From IMG/VR virus record IMGVR_UViG_3300028805_000098, positions 1-64,000 of that record: a stretch of 64,000 nucleotides of DNA. One strand, 5' to 3'. The notes beneath the pieces were generated by a model that was not told the origin of the DNA, made no database searches, and worked only from the letters and a program-made list of their open reading frames with translations. The position numbers and the translations under genes were made by a program. This stretch comes from an uncultured virus (IMG/VR IMGVR_UViG_3300028805_000098) (taxonomy: Duplodnaviria > Heunggongvirae > Uroviricota > Caudoviricetes). Below are positions 1-8,001 of the stretch, one piece after another; within the stretch, counting starts at the first letter, position 1; the number at the start of each line of letters is the position of its first letter.

Positions 1-570
1 TAACTACAACGCAGCAACCGCTACTTACACCGTCACTTCAGTGAAAGGTGCTGGTAGTATCACACTTAGCGAAACGAGCGGTACTGTTACTTATGGCACA
101 CCTGGTAGCTTTACTGTCACTGAGAACATTAGCGGTGGTAAATTGTCGGTAAGTTCTAGCGATTCTACCTACGTGAAAGCAAGCATTAGCGAAACCACGG
201 TAACTGTCAACGTAGTTAAAGTTGATTCGGCAACTCGCACTATCACGGTTACTTCGGCTGAAACTAATAACTACACCGCTGCATCCGCTACTTACACCGT
301 TACTTCAGCGAAAGGTGCTGGTAGTATCACACTTAGCGAAACGAGCGGTACTGTTACTTATGGCACACCTGGTAGCTTTACTGTCACTGAGAACATTAGC
401 GGTGGTGCATTGTCGGTGAAGTCGAGCAATACTTCTGCGGAAGCAAGTCTTAGCGGAAACACGGTAACTGTCACGGTTATTCAAGTCACTAATACCAAAA
501 CAACAATTACCGTTACTTCGGCTGAAACTGACAACTACAACGCTGCAACCGCTACTTACACCGTTACCAA
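1..570 (+). repeat. Intragenic tandem repeat, 267-bp period (Ig-like domains)
   Basis: aaaggtgctggtagtatcacacttagcg...ggtggt occurs at 44 and 311; the repeat-end motif (aactacaacgc...acttacaccgt) recurs near 530. Confidence 0.9.
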
Positions 571-1606
571 CAAAAGAGCAACTGGTACGCTTAGTATTGA
601 TAAAACTTCGTTGAGTTTGACAACCAGTGCTCCCATTGGCAAGGTTACGTGTACTACTAACAGCGACGCGAAAATCAAAGCAACTCCTGCAGACAGTGCT
701 GTGTGCAAGGCTATTGCAGGTGACACTGTGGTGACGATTAGAGGAAGATCGGACGGTACAACGACGGTGACGATTGCAGTAGTAGAAACTTGGCGTTACA
801 CTGCGGCCAGCAAGACGGTCACTGTCACAGCTTCGGGTATGCCGATTGATATGACAAATGGCGGAACCAGAACACTGGCACAAATTAAAACAATTTTCAG
901 CAGTGGTCAAGGAGCTAACTACTTCAAGGCTGGCGACTACTTCGATATTACGTTCCCCAGCGATTTTAAATTCGATTCGGGAAGTATCGCGGCTGGTAGC
1001 ACTTGGCGTGTTGTTTGTCTCGGTATTGACCACAACAGCTCTGTTGAAGGAACAAAACGTGGTCACTTCTGCATTGGTAAAACAACTGACGATGATGAGT
1101 GTTGTTTCTACGGACACAAAATGATGACGAAAGGTAGTAGTGCTAGTGGTACGAACTTCGGTGGTTGGGAACGCAGCACGTTGAGAACCTTTTTGAACAA
1201 TGATTTCTATAACGCGCTTCCTAGCGATTTGAAAGCGGTTATTACTGAGTGCACTAAGTATACTGACACCAAAGCTTACAGAACGGTTGATGGAAGTCAC
1301 GTTACTCCCGTGGATCAGAAAATCTGGCTTATGTCAGAGTTCGAAGTGTTTGGAACCACGTATGATTCCAATCCAGACGAACAAAATAAACAAGCGCAAT
1401 ACGACTACTACAAGAATGGTAATAGCAAAATACGCATTAGTTACAACCTTTCGGGTGTTTATTCTACTTGGACTGAGGAATGGTGGTTGCGGTCTCCTGA
1501 AAACGATTCCACCGTTGGCTTCCTTAGGGTAAGCAATCGCGGCGGACGAGATGGCGATTATTCCTACTTGTCGAATGGGGTTGTGCCCTGTTTTACTATA
1601 TCCTAA
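1..1606 (+). CDS. Tail fibre/adhesin with tandem Ig-like repeats and a C-terminal DUF6273-like (C-type lectin-fold) domain; 5'-partial
   Basis: Frame is open from base 2. Thr/Ser/Val-rich ~89-aa repeats. C-terminus has GGWERSTLRTFLN, IWLMSEFEVFG, WWLRSP and GVVPCF. Confidence 0.75.
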   Translation, partial: NYNAATATYTVTSVKGAGSITLSETSGTVTYGTPGSFTVTENISGGKLSVSSSDSTYVKASISETTVTVNVVKVDSATRTITVTSAETNNYTAASATYTVTSAKGAGSITLSETSGTVTYGTPGSFTVTENISGGALSVKSSNTSAEASLSGNTVTVTVIQVTNTKTTITVTSAETDNYNAATATYTVTNKRATGTLSIDKTSLSLTTSAPIGKVTCTTNSDAKIKATPADSAVCKAIAGDTVVTIRGRSDGTTTVTIAVVETWRYTAASKTVTVTASGMPIDMTNGGTRTLAQIKTIFSSGQGANYFKAGDYFDITFPSDFKFDSGSIAAGSTWRVVCLGIDHNSSVEGTKRGHFCIGKTTDDDECCFYGHKMMTKGSSASGTNFGGWERSTLRTFLNNDFYNALPSDLKAVITECTKYTDTKAYRTVDGSHVTPVDQKIWLMSEFEVFGTTYDSNPDEQNKQAQYDYYKNGNSKIRISYNLSGVYSTWTEEWWLRSPENDSTVGFLRVSNRGGRDGDYSYLSNGVVPCFTIS

Positions 1607-1615
1607 ATCCCTAAA

Positions 1616-1760
1616 TCGGCTCATTCGTGAGCCGACCAATACGAAGAGGGCACGAAAGTGCCCTCGAAGTATTGGTCTCCCATGCGAGCGCAGTGAGGCG
1701 TATCCGAACAAGCGAACATGCGCGCCACGAAGCGGCGCAAAGTCCGAAACCGACTTTTTA
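1616..1760 (+). other. Cluster of GC-rich hairpins directly after the fibre stop codon
   Basis: TCGGCTCA-TTCG-TGAGCCGA (1616-1635); GACCAATAC..GAGGGCAC-GAAA-GTGCCCTC..GTATTGGTC (1634-1677); further GCGCC/GGCGC and AAAGTC/GACTTT stems. Confidence 0.8.
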
Positions 1761-1858
1761 AGAAAAGCTACTTGCGAAATAATCAAAATAACTTTTTGAT
1801 AAATATTATATGAAGAAACAACACGACTTATACCTGCAGAAAGGAAGAGTGCTGTTAT

Positions 1859-2290
1859 ATGGAATCAGTAATTGTATTCCGCAGATTTAAAGATTTGGCT
1901 ATCTGTGGTAATGTAAATATTCCATATGGAACCGAACTTGGAACTATCGTCGAAAACGGTCAACAGTTCGTAGCATTTCCTGACGGAAAAAAGATTACAA
2001 AGGTTCACAGTCAGAACTATAATCAACATTTTGCTCTGAATGATGATGAGCGGGGGTTAGTTCGGGGAAAACTGACCTATGCTATTGCTTTCAGTCCAAG
2101 AGAGAGAAAACACGAAAACGGACACGTGTCCAGACTTTCTGAAGACGAAATCGACATGATTCGCAAAGATTGGTCTAAGTACCTTATGCCGTACGATGAC
2201 ACTATCTTATTCAACGACGCGTTTTATGATGCTCCGATTGAAGACTTGCAAAAGTTGGCGGACGCATTAGAAATTCAAATAAAGGAGTGA
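1859..2290 (+). CDS. Hypothetical protein
   Basis: 143-aa ORF with RBS; preceded by an AAATATTAT promoter-like variant at 1801. Confidence 0.75.
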   Translation: MESVIVFRRFKDLAICGNVNIPYGTELGTIVENGQQFVAFPDGKKITKVHSQNYNQHFALNDDERGLVRGKLTYAIAFSPRERKHENGHVSRLSEDEIDMIRKDWSKYLMPYDDTILFNDAFYDAPIEDLQKLADALEIQIKE

Positions 2291-2299
2291 ATGTGAACC

Positions 2300-2665
2300 A
2301 TGTTTAGGGTAACCAAGAGAAACAGTAGTGAGCTCGTTGGTTTGTGCGACAATATTCGCTACATTATCTATGACGCTAATTCCGGCACTTGCTGCCAAGC
2401 ATTCGGCGCTGATGATGCTGATGGTATTGCTATTGGCGGCAATCCGTATAACATCGGAAACGAAGAAAAAATTCCGGGTGCGGATTTCGTTGATATTGAC
2501 GAGATTGACAGTGGCGAGTATCATTTTCGAACCAATAATCAGGTTGTCAAGAGTACCGGCGAGATTGCCGATATGCAGGGATTGATTCTCGAGCAAGACA
2601 ACACCATTTGTACCATGCAAGAGGCTATCATGGAAATTGACAACCAACTGAATGGAGGAGAATAA
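2300..2665 (+). CDS. Hypothetical tail-fibre-associated protein
   Basis: RBS AAGGAG; coiled-coil C-terminus; sits before an XkdX-like ORF. Confidence 0.6.
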   Translation: MFRVTKRNSSELVGLCDNIRYIIYDANSGTCCQAFGADDADGIAIGGNPYNIGNEEKIPGADFVDIDEIDSGEYHFRTNNQVVKSTGEIADMQGLILEQDNTICTMQEAIMEIDNQLNGGE

Positions 2666-2666
2666 A

Positions 2667-2825
2667 ATGAATAAGTTCTGGGCTGAAATGATTATTAAAG
2701 GTCGAGCGAAATTCAGTGACATTGTGGGCACGGCTCGTAAAAACGCAGTTCGCGCATTGCTCAGTCAGTACGTTGCTGAAGGCAAAATTACTCAAGAAGA
2801 TTTCGACAGAATTATTTCTGAGTAA
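2667..2825 (+). CDS. Small XkdX-like protein (52 aa, not in the ORF track)
   Basis: RBS GGAGGAG; MNKFWAEMIIKG...YVAEGKITQEDFDRIISE resembles the XkdX-type G-x-I-T-x-E motif. Confidence 0.6.
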   Translation: MNKFWAEMIIKGRAKFSDIVGTARKNAVRALLSQYVAEGKITQEDFDRIISE

Positions 2826-3031
2826 TCGACGAATACCTCGGCTTGTTGTGGATATGGATGTCAATACAATGCCGTGTTATATGAATCCGGGAATTTCCGG
2901 AGACGAAGTGGGAGGCTACATGTAAGCCTCCCACAATGCCGCGATTTTCTTATGTTCCAAAAAAGAACCTGGCGCAAATGTATGCGTCAGGTCGCAACCA
3001 TTATTGGTTGCTGAAGTTTTGTTTGGTTTGA

Positions 3032-3676
3032 TTATTTGGCTGTGCGTTTTGCTGTGAAGTGGTGGATTTCGATGTTGATTGTGATGGGCATGTTAATGTT
3101 GAATACGCAGCCGTTGACACCTCCGCGATTTTTGTGGTGGTGCGTCACGTTTTTGCCGTCGGAGTTTTCCGCTTTGCGGTCGGTCTGAGATTTTTTCTCG
3201 ACCTTCTTGCCTTCGACAATCGTGGTCGCGTTCGGTGCCGCATTCGGTGTCTCGCTGCTGGGCGGAGTCGGGAGCGATTTCTTGTCGTGGTGCGTCACAT
3301 TTTTGCCGTCGGAGTTTTCCGCTTTGCGGTCGGTCTGAGATTTTTTCTCGACCTTCTTGCCTCCGACAATCGTGGTCGCGTTCGGTGCCGCACTCGGTGT
3401 CTCGCTGCTGGGCGGAGTCGGGAGCGATTTCTTGTCGTGAGACTCTTTCCAGCTGACGCTGAATTGATCGCCGCGGTTTTCGACTTTGAAACCAGCGTTT
3501 TCAAGTTCACGCTTGACCGTTCCGCGGAACTCGCCTTCGACATCAACGTACGCTGCCGTGAGGCCGCGATCGGCGAAACCCACAAGCTTGTCCATGATGC
3601 GTTCGACTTCGTTTTGCGCCTTGTCGCTGCCGTTTGCAATTTTCAACAAGTCTGCCGCCGTAAATTTCTTTGCCAT
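3032..3676 (-). CDS. Hypothetical cargo protein of cassette A, with a 50-aa internal duplication
   Basis: Strong RBS AAGGAGG; lies downstream of conserved leader copy A. Confidence 0.75.
   Translation of the reverse strand: MAKKFTAADLLKIANGSDKAQNEVERIMDKLVGFADRGLTAAYVDVEGEFRGTVKRELENAGFKVENRGDQFSVSWKESHDKKSLPTPPSSETPSAAPNATTIVGGKKVEKKSQTDRKAENSDGKNVTHHDKKSLPTPPSSETPNAAPNATTIVEGKKVEKKSQTDRKAENSDGKNVTHHHKNRGGVNGCVFNINMPITINIEIHHFTAKRTAK
3137..3440. repeat. Tandem duplication, 150-bp period, near-identical
   Basis: cggtctgagattttttctcgacc at 3181 and 3331; HDKKSLPTPPSSETP...DGKNVTH occurs twice. Confidence 0.95.
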
Positions 3677-3705
3677 AATTTATTCCTCCTTCAAAGGTAT
3701 GGCAT

Positions 3706-3800
3706 GGATCGTAGGTTTTCGCAATTTAGTACAAGAGATCCTACTAAACTCTCATACACCACGATAATATATATTCATAGGTGGGGGTAATGTCAGATTG
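3706..3800 (-). promoter_or_regulatory. Conserved promoter-leader element, copy A
   Basis: Reverse complement reads caatctgacattaccccc..ATATATTATcgtggtgtatgagagtttagtagg..tactaaattgcgaaaacctacgatcc. Confidence 0.9.
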
Positions 3801-3862
3801 GAAAAATCGCAAAAAAAAACCGAGCTTGCGAGCTCGGTCAAAAACCTGTTTTTTACACGGGT

Positions 3863-4519
3863 TTATTGAATTTCTTCAATTTTGTTAAACGAGTAGCAAT
3901 TGTCTTGGCTACCAAAAGCACCATTTGAAAAACGACGGTAAAACTCTCCGACCAATTCATGAATATCGTGGCTTTCCATATCAAGAAGATCTCTGAGGTA
4001 ATGTACCAGATCGGATTCCAACCACCAATTCTCACAGCCGTCTTGCTCAAGCAGTTTTTCAGGCACACCTTCCGGAACGTCGATGTATATATCAACATAC
4101 CATTCAGATTCCGGAAAGAGTTCGAGAGGGTCGCGTTTGATATAAATCTCGCTACCCGGTTCAATCGCGATGAAGTAATATTTGCATTCGGGAGCAACTT
4201 TTGCTAGAATCTGGTCCCACTCTTCATGGAAATTACCCCATGCAGTGTCGGACGAGAAACGAATGACCGCGTTGTCATTGTCATAATCCGCAAACTCGAA
4301 CGGTTCGAGCAAATAGCCGCGGAAGTAGATTCCGGGCTTGTCAGGGGAATCGGTATCAATCGAGAAACCCGCACCGAGAGCGATTTTATAAAGCCAGATG
4401 TCTGTCGAGTTATCATCCTCGTATTTACGGCTCGACCAATCAATGAGCTTTTCGTACAATTCTTTGACTTGCGGTTTAGGCCCGTAAATGTACTCTTCAT
4501 TGTAACACCAGTTAGGCAT
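3863..4519 (-). CDS. YubB/DUF1281-like ferredoxin-fold protein
   Basis: N-terminal MPNWCYN, F.SDTAW and EPG motifs; start placed at the ATG after the RBS. Confidence 0.55.
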   Translation of the reverse strand: MPNWCYNEEYIYGPKPQVKELYEKLIDWSSRKYEDDNSTDIWLYKIALGAGFSIDTDSPDKPGIYFRGYLLEPFEFADYDNDNAVIRFSSDTAWGNFHEEWDQILAKVAPECKYYFIAIEPGSEIYIKRDPLELFPESEWYVDIYIDVPEGVPEKLLEQDGCENWWLESDLVHYLRDLLDMESHDIHELVGEFYRRFSNGAFGSQDNCYSFNKIEEIQ

Positions 4520-4524
4520 ATTTT

Positions 4525-5208
4525 TCACCCCCTTAAACTGCAAGCATTGACGACGAGACCGCTGTGGTCTTTGACACGATCGAGAATTTTATCAGCGAAA
4601 TATCCAGTAGCGCAACCCTTGAGAACGTAAATGCCGTTGAAAGACCAAGCCTGATGATCCCAGTCGCGAATTAAATCGGCAAAGACGGCAATGTCGCCAC
4701 CACGTGCGTAAATCTCGATACCGCCGACGTTCGCCCAGCTGGATTCGGGCACTTCTTTCAGAATACGTTCGCGGTCTTCATAAAACGCCTTTTTGTTCGC
4801 ATGTATCGCGTCCATTATCTCTTTGGGTGAGCAGTTGAAATGAAACAGTTCTTTCCTTGAAGAATAACCGCGTTCCCAGAAAACGCGACGGAAAACGTTT
4901 TTTGGCGGAGTCATAAATCCCCAAGTTGTGTTATAGCTGTCGGATTCGAACCAAATGTAATTGCCGGGAGCGACCGACGGTCCAGTTCCTTCGATAACAG
5001 CATATCCTTTGCTGTCAATTCTGAAGAATGTTGCGCGGCCTGAATCGTCTATGAAATAACGCCAAGTAAGCGAATTGCCGACAGGAGCAACGGACAGCTC
5101 TTCCATTCGGAACGTAGATTTTCCTTCACGAAAAAGTACTTTGCACAGGATGAACAAGCCGGGATTTCTTTCAGGTGATTCTAGAATGATCTTAATCATA
5201 CACATCAT
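4525..5208 (-). CDS. Hypothetical protein
   Basis: 227-aa ORF coupled to its neighbours. Confidence 0.65.
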   Translation of the reverse strand: MMCMIKIILESPERNPGLFILCKVLFREGKSTFRMEELSVAPVGNSLTWRYFIDDSGRATFFRIDSKGYAVIEGTGPSVAPGNYIWFESDSYNTTWGFMTPPKNVFRRVFWERGYSSRKELFHFNCSPKEIMDAIHANKKAFYEDRERILKEVPESSWANVGGIEIYARGGDIAVFADLIRDWDHQAWSFNGIYVLKGCATGYFADKILDRVKDHSGLVVNACSLRG

Positions 5209-5864
5209 CCTTTCGTGATGTCATACCTCCCAAGGTAGGAAATTCCAACGATTTTGAACATTTTGTCGAGTTCTTCCAACGACTGTTGACCAAACCCGTG
5301 GACTTGCAAGAGAGTTTCGGGTGTTTTGTAGTAAATGTCGTGCATTGTCGCACTCATCCCGAACTTCCTCTTGAGAACGTTAGTCAATCGTCTCCACTGA
5401 GGAACCTCTTTAACGTTAGGCATATCTTGAACTTCCGCGATTGTCTTGCCCAGAAAATCTTCGGTAGTGAGCATAACTTGCGCATTTCCATCGGTTTCGA
5501 CTTTTTCGTCACGCGCTTTGATATACGCTTTGAGAGAATCGAACTGACCGTTGAAAATGTAATAGAATGCCGGATGGCGCAAGCAACGCAAACCACGAGC
5601 CAAAATATCGCGAGCTCTGCTGTTGGTAACGCCGATGTGTTCGCCGATTTCTCTGTACGTAGCACCGCAGCCGTAGCGGTCGAGAAGAGCCAGAGTGCAT
5701 TTGTCGTGCATCTCTTTGTTTTCGGGCAGAATGTCGCGAATCGCCCGAATCGTGTTGAGTCGCATCGCGGGTTTCTGGAGAATTTCTTCCGTGTGTTCGG
5801 AGTCCATGTAGACATCACGAATCAAGTTCTCAGGAAACGGAAATGCCTTGTAATTGTCGTCCAT
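5205..5864 (-). CDS. Sigma70 region-4-like HTH fused to an RNAP alpha-CTD-like domain
   Basis: TYREIGEHIGVTNSRARDILARGLRCLRHP resembles RpoD region 4.2; LLQVHGFGQQSLEEL resembles the alpha-CTD HhH motif. Confidence 0.7.
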   Translation of the reverse strand: MDDNYKAFPFPENLIRDVYMDSEHTEEILQKPAMRLNTIRAIRDILPENKEMHDKCTLALLDRYGCGATYREIGEHIGVTNSRARDILARGLRCLRHPAFYYIFNGQFDSLKAYIKARDEKVETDGNAQVMLTTEDFLGKTIAEVQDMPNVKEVPQWRRLTNVLKRKFGMSATMHDIYYKTPETLLQVHGFGQQSLEELDKMFKIVGISYLGRYDITKG

Positions 5865-5906
5865 ATTAATGAACCTCCCTTAATAATTTTGACGTGTGTC
5901 ACGTAT

Positions 5907-5915
5907 ATAATATAT
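5907..5915 (-). promoter_or_regulatory. Early-type phage promoter ATATATTAT
   Basis: Exact motif upstream of the 5864-3863 operon. Confidence 0.7.
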
Positions 5916-6008
5916 ACATAAATCTCACGCCGATTATTATATCAATTTACATTTACAAATTCGATTTGATGATGATCCACACAAATTTCTTAAGAAGGAG
6001 GAATCTTT

Positions 6009-6683
6009 ATGAAATGGACAGAAAGTATGAGAACTCTGGATACCCTCACTATGAAAGATGGTCGGTTGAAGGTGTGGCTTAAACTCCAAAAATCTGAAGC
6101 CGGCGATTGCAGATTCACTCTGAATTACGAGGCAGAAGATAAAGATATGTACAGAACGATTAACGGATTTGAGACGATTGTCTTCGATAAAGAAGATATG
6201 CGTAACAATGACCGTATTCTGCAAGTCGCTCGTACACTCTCGACAATGATGCCTTCAAATCTGAATTCCGAGTATATGCCAATCCGTGGCATTATGCAAT
6301 ACATGGAGCGTTGTTATTTCGACGTGGCGGATTTCATCGAGATGGTCTATCAGTATCATCAAAGACAACCTCAGTGCGAAAGCATGTTTGCCGGACTTAT
6401 GTTGAATTTACACAATTTCGTACGTAACGTTCACGGCGTCAAATCTCGTATTGGTGGTCCGAGGATAACTCTTCTCAGCGATTACATGTCTTATATTCTC
6501 TGGTGGGGAGAAAACGAAGCTAAAGAAAATATGACGTTCGGTACTCACAGGGAACATTCGATTTGTCTTGCGGGAGTTCTCGATTTGTTGGCTGGGCATG
6601 GTGCCTACTTGTGCGAATACGATGACGAAGACCTCCCTGAAGATAACGATGACGACGTGTTCTATGAGGACGAGGAATTTTAA
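6009..6683 (+). CDS. Hypothetical protein, acidic C-terminus
   Basis: Strong RBS AAGGAGG; 224 aa. Confidence 0.75.
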   Translation: MKWTESMRTLDTLTMKDGRLKVWLKLQKSEAGDCRFTLNYEAEDKDMYRTINGFETIVFDKEDMRNNDRILQVARTLSTMMPSNLNSEYMPIRGIMQYMERCYFDVADFIEMVYQYHQRQPQCESMFAGLMLNLHNFVRNVHGVKSRIGGPRITLLSDYMSYILWWGENEAKENMTFGTHREHSICLAGVLDLLAGHGAYLCEYDDEDLPEDNDDDVFYEDEEF

Positions 6684-6752
6684 CAGTGGTCGAGGCTCTG
6701 TAGCACCTGAATGATGTTACAGAGCCATTGACTTACTTAGGGAGGAATTTTT

Positions 6753-7661
6753 ATGAAAGAAATTTTGGAAGTGAGACCTTCTTTGGTTGCTAAGAATTTC
6801 ATGAGTCATCGCGAAGAAGACGGAACGTTGAATGCGAACCCTAAAATTTATACGTTCTTGCATCAGAATAATTGCTGGCCGTTTGACTTTGATGCAGTCA
6901 ATATTACCGAGGAACACGAAGTAGAACCTGAAACCCCTAGATATATGAAGATTGACGAAGATGGCAAAACTGTGCGCTTTAACGGTTTGAAGTTCGAGCT
7001 TTCTGATGAACCTAACTCTATTACCGGCAAAAAGACTCGCACATTTGTGTTTCTTGACGAACGCCGTATCATGTATCTCTTATTCATTCCAGGACATGTT
7101 GAACTGGATGAGAACGACAATATGTCTGAAGACATGAAGAAACGGTCTGCTATGTGTTCGCTTTCTGTCGATAATATCTTTGGAAGATTAACGTTTGCAG
7201 TTAATCCAAAACTCATAAAAGATATTATTGAGGCGGAATATGAAATCGATTTGGTTAATAAAGGAATCGAGCAAACTTTGGAACAACCGCAGCGTCTTAT
7301 GATTTATCGTCGTTTGATTGAAGGTAGAACCCCTGAAGAGGAGTTAAGAGTGCAGAAGATATATAGCACAGCGCTTCAAATTCTTAATACTGAAGGGTTT
7401 TCTTTCGACGATAAAAAAGATATAACCACAGATGATGCTCTTTATATAGTCAAAGGTCTTATGGACCCTGAAGAAAAAGAAAAACTCGAATTGATGATAA
7501 GCGAGAATAAACTCAAACCTGTTCTTGAGAATAATATTTTGAAACTTGTGAGTGAACCGCTTGAAGCTGAAAAATATTCATTCGATATGGAGGTGACAGC
7601 AGATGCCCTTTCCAAAGCCTTCAGTGGAAATACTGCCAACGATAACTCATCGGGAGAATGA
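6753..7661 (+). CDS. Hypothetical protein
   Basis: RBS GGAGG; 302 aa. Confidence 0.75.
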   Translation: MKEILEVRPSLVAKNFMSHREEDGTLNANPKIYTFLHQNNCWPFDFDAVNITEEHEVEPETPRYMKIDEDGKTVRFNGLKFELSDEPNSITGKKTRTFVFLDERRIMYLLFIPGHVELDENDNMSEDMKKRSAMCSLSVDNIFGRLTFAVNPKLIKDIIEAEYEIDLVNKGIEQTLEQPQRLMIYRRLIEGRTPEEELRVQKIYSTALQILNTEGFSFDDKKDITTDDALYIVKGLMDPEEKEKLELMISENKLKPVLENNILKLVSEPLEAEKYSFDMEVTADALSKAFSGNTANDNSSGE

Positions 7662-8001
7662 CAGATTCTGCACGTTCGTTTTGAACTCTAATGCTGCTGA
7701 AATTATGTCAAGACTCTTCACTTACGGTGCTTTCATTGCAGATCGTGGTGATATCGATGGCACAGCAAAACAAATCTGTGTTCCGTTACAGTACGGAAAT
7801 AACACTTACAGATTCGACCTCAGAAGTTTAAGCGACGAAGAATACGCAGAATTTCAAGATTGGTTCAGTCCTGTTGTTGAACCATTCTTGATAACTGAGT
7901 CTGCTGTTGTAATATACATGGATGACGAAACCATTATTTACATCGGCGACTTAATCGAAGAATCGCGAAAAAGAAAGAAAGGAGAGTGGAAATACAAATG
8001 A
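7603..8001 (+). CDS. Hypothetical protein (true start uncertain, probably downstream)
   Basis: Fills the gap between neighbours; stop overlaps the next start (ATGA). Confidence 0.55.
   Translation: MPFPKPSVEILPTITHRENDRFCTFVLNSNAAEIMSRLFTYGAFIADRGDIDGTAKQICVPLQYGNNTYRFDLRSLSDEEYAEFQDWFSPVVEPFLITESAVVIYMDDETIIYIGDLIEESRKRKKGEWKYK

Noticed and set aside
1..570. Direct repeats as a possible CRISPR array
   Set aside because: They are in-frame 267-bp coding repeats of Ig-like domains, with no short repeat-spacer periodicity.
305..1300. Long antisense ORFs (also 3059-3790, 23207-24034, 30592-31482, 50911-52015)
   Set aside because: Shadow frames opposite well-supported genes, with no RBS or motifs.
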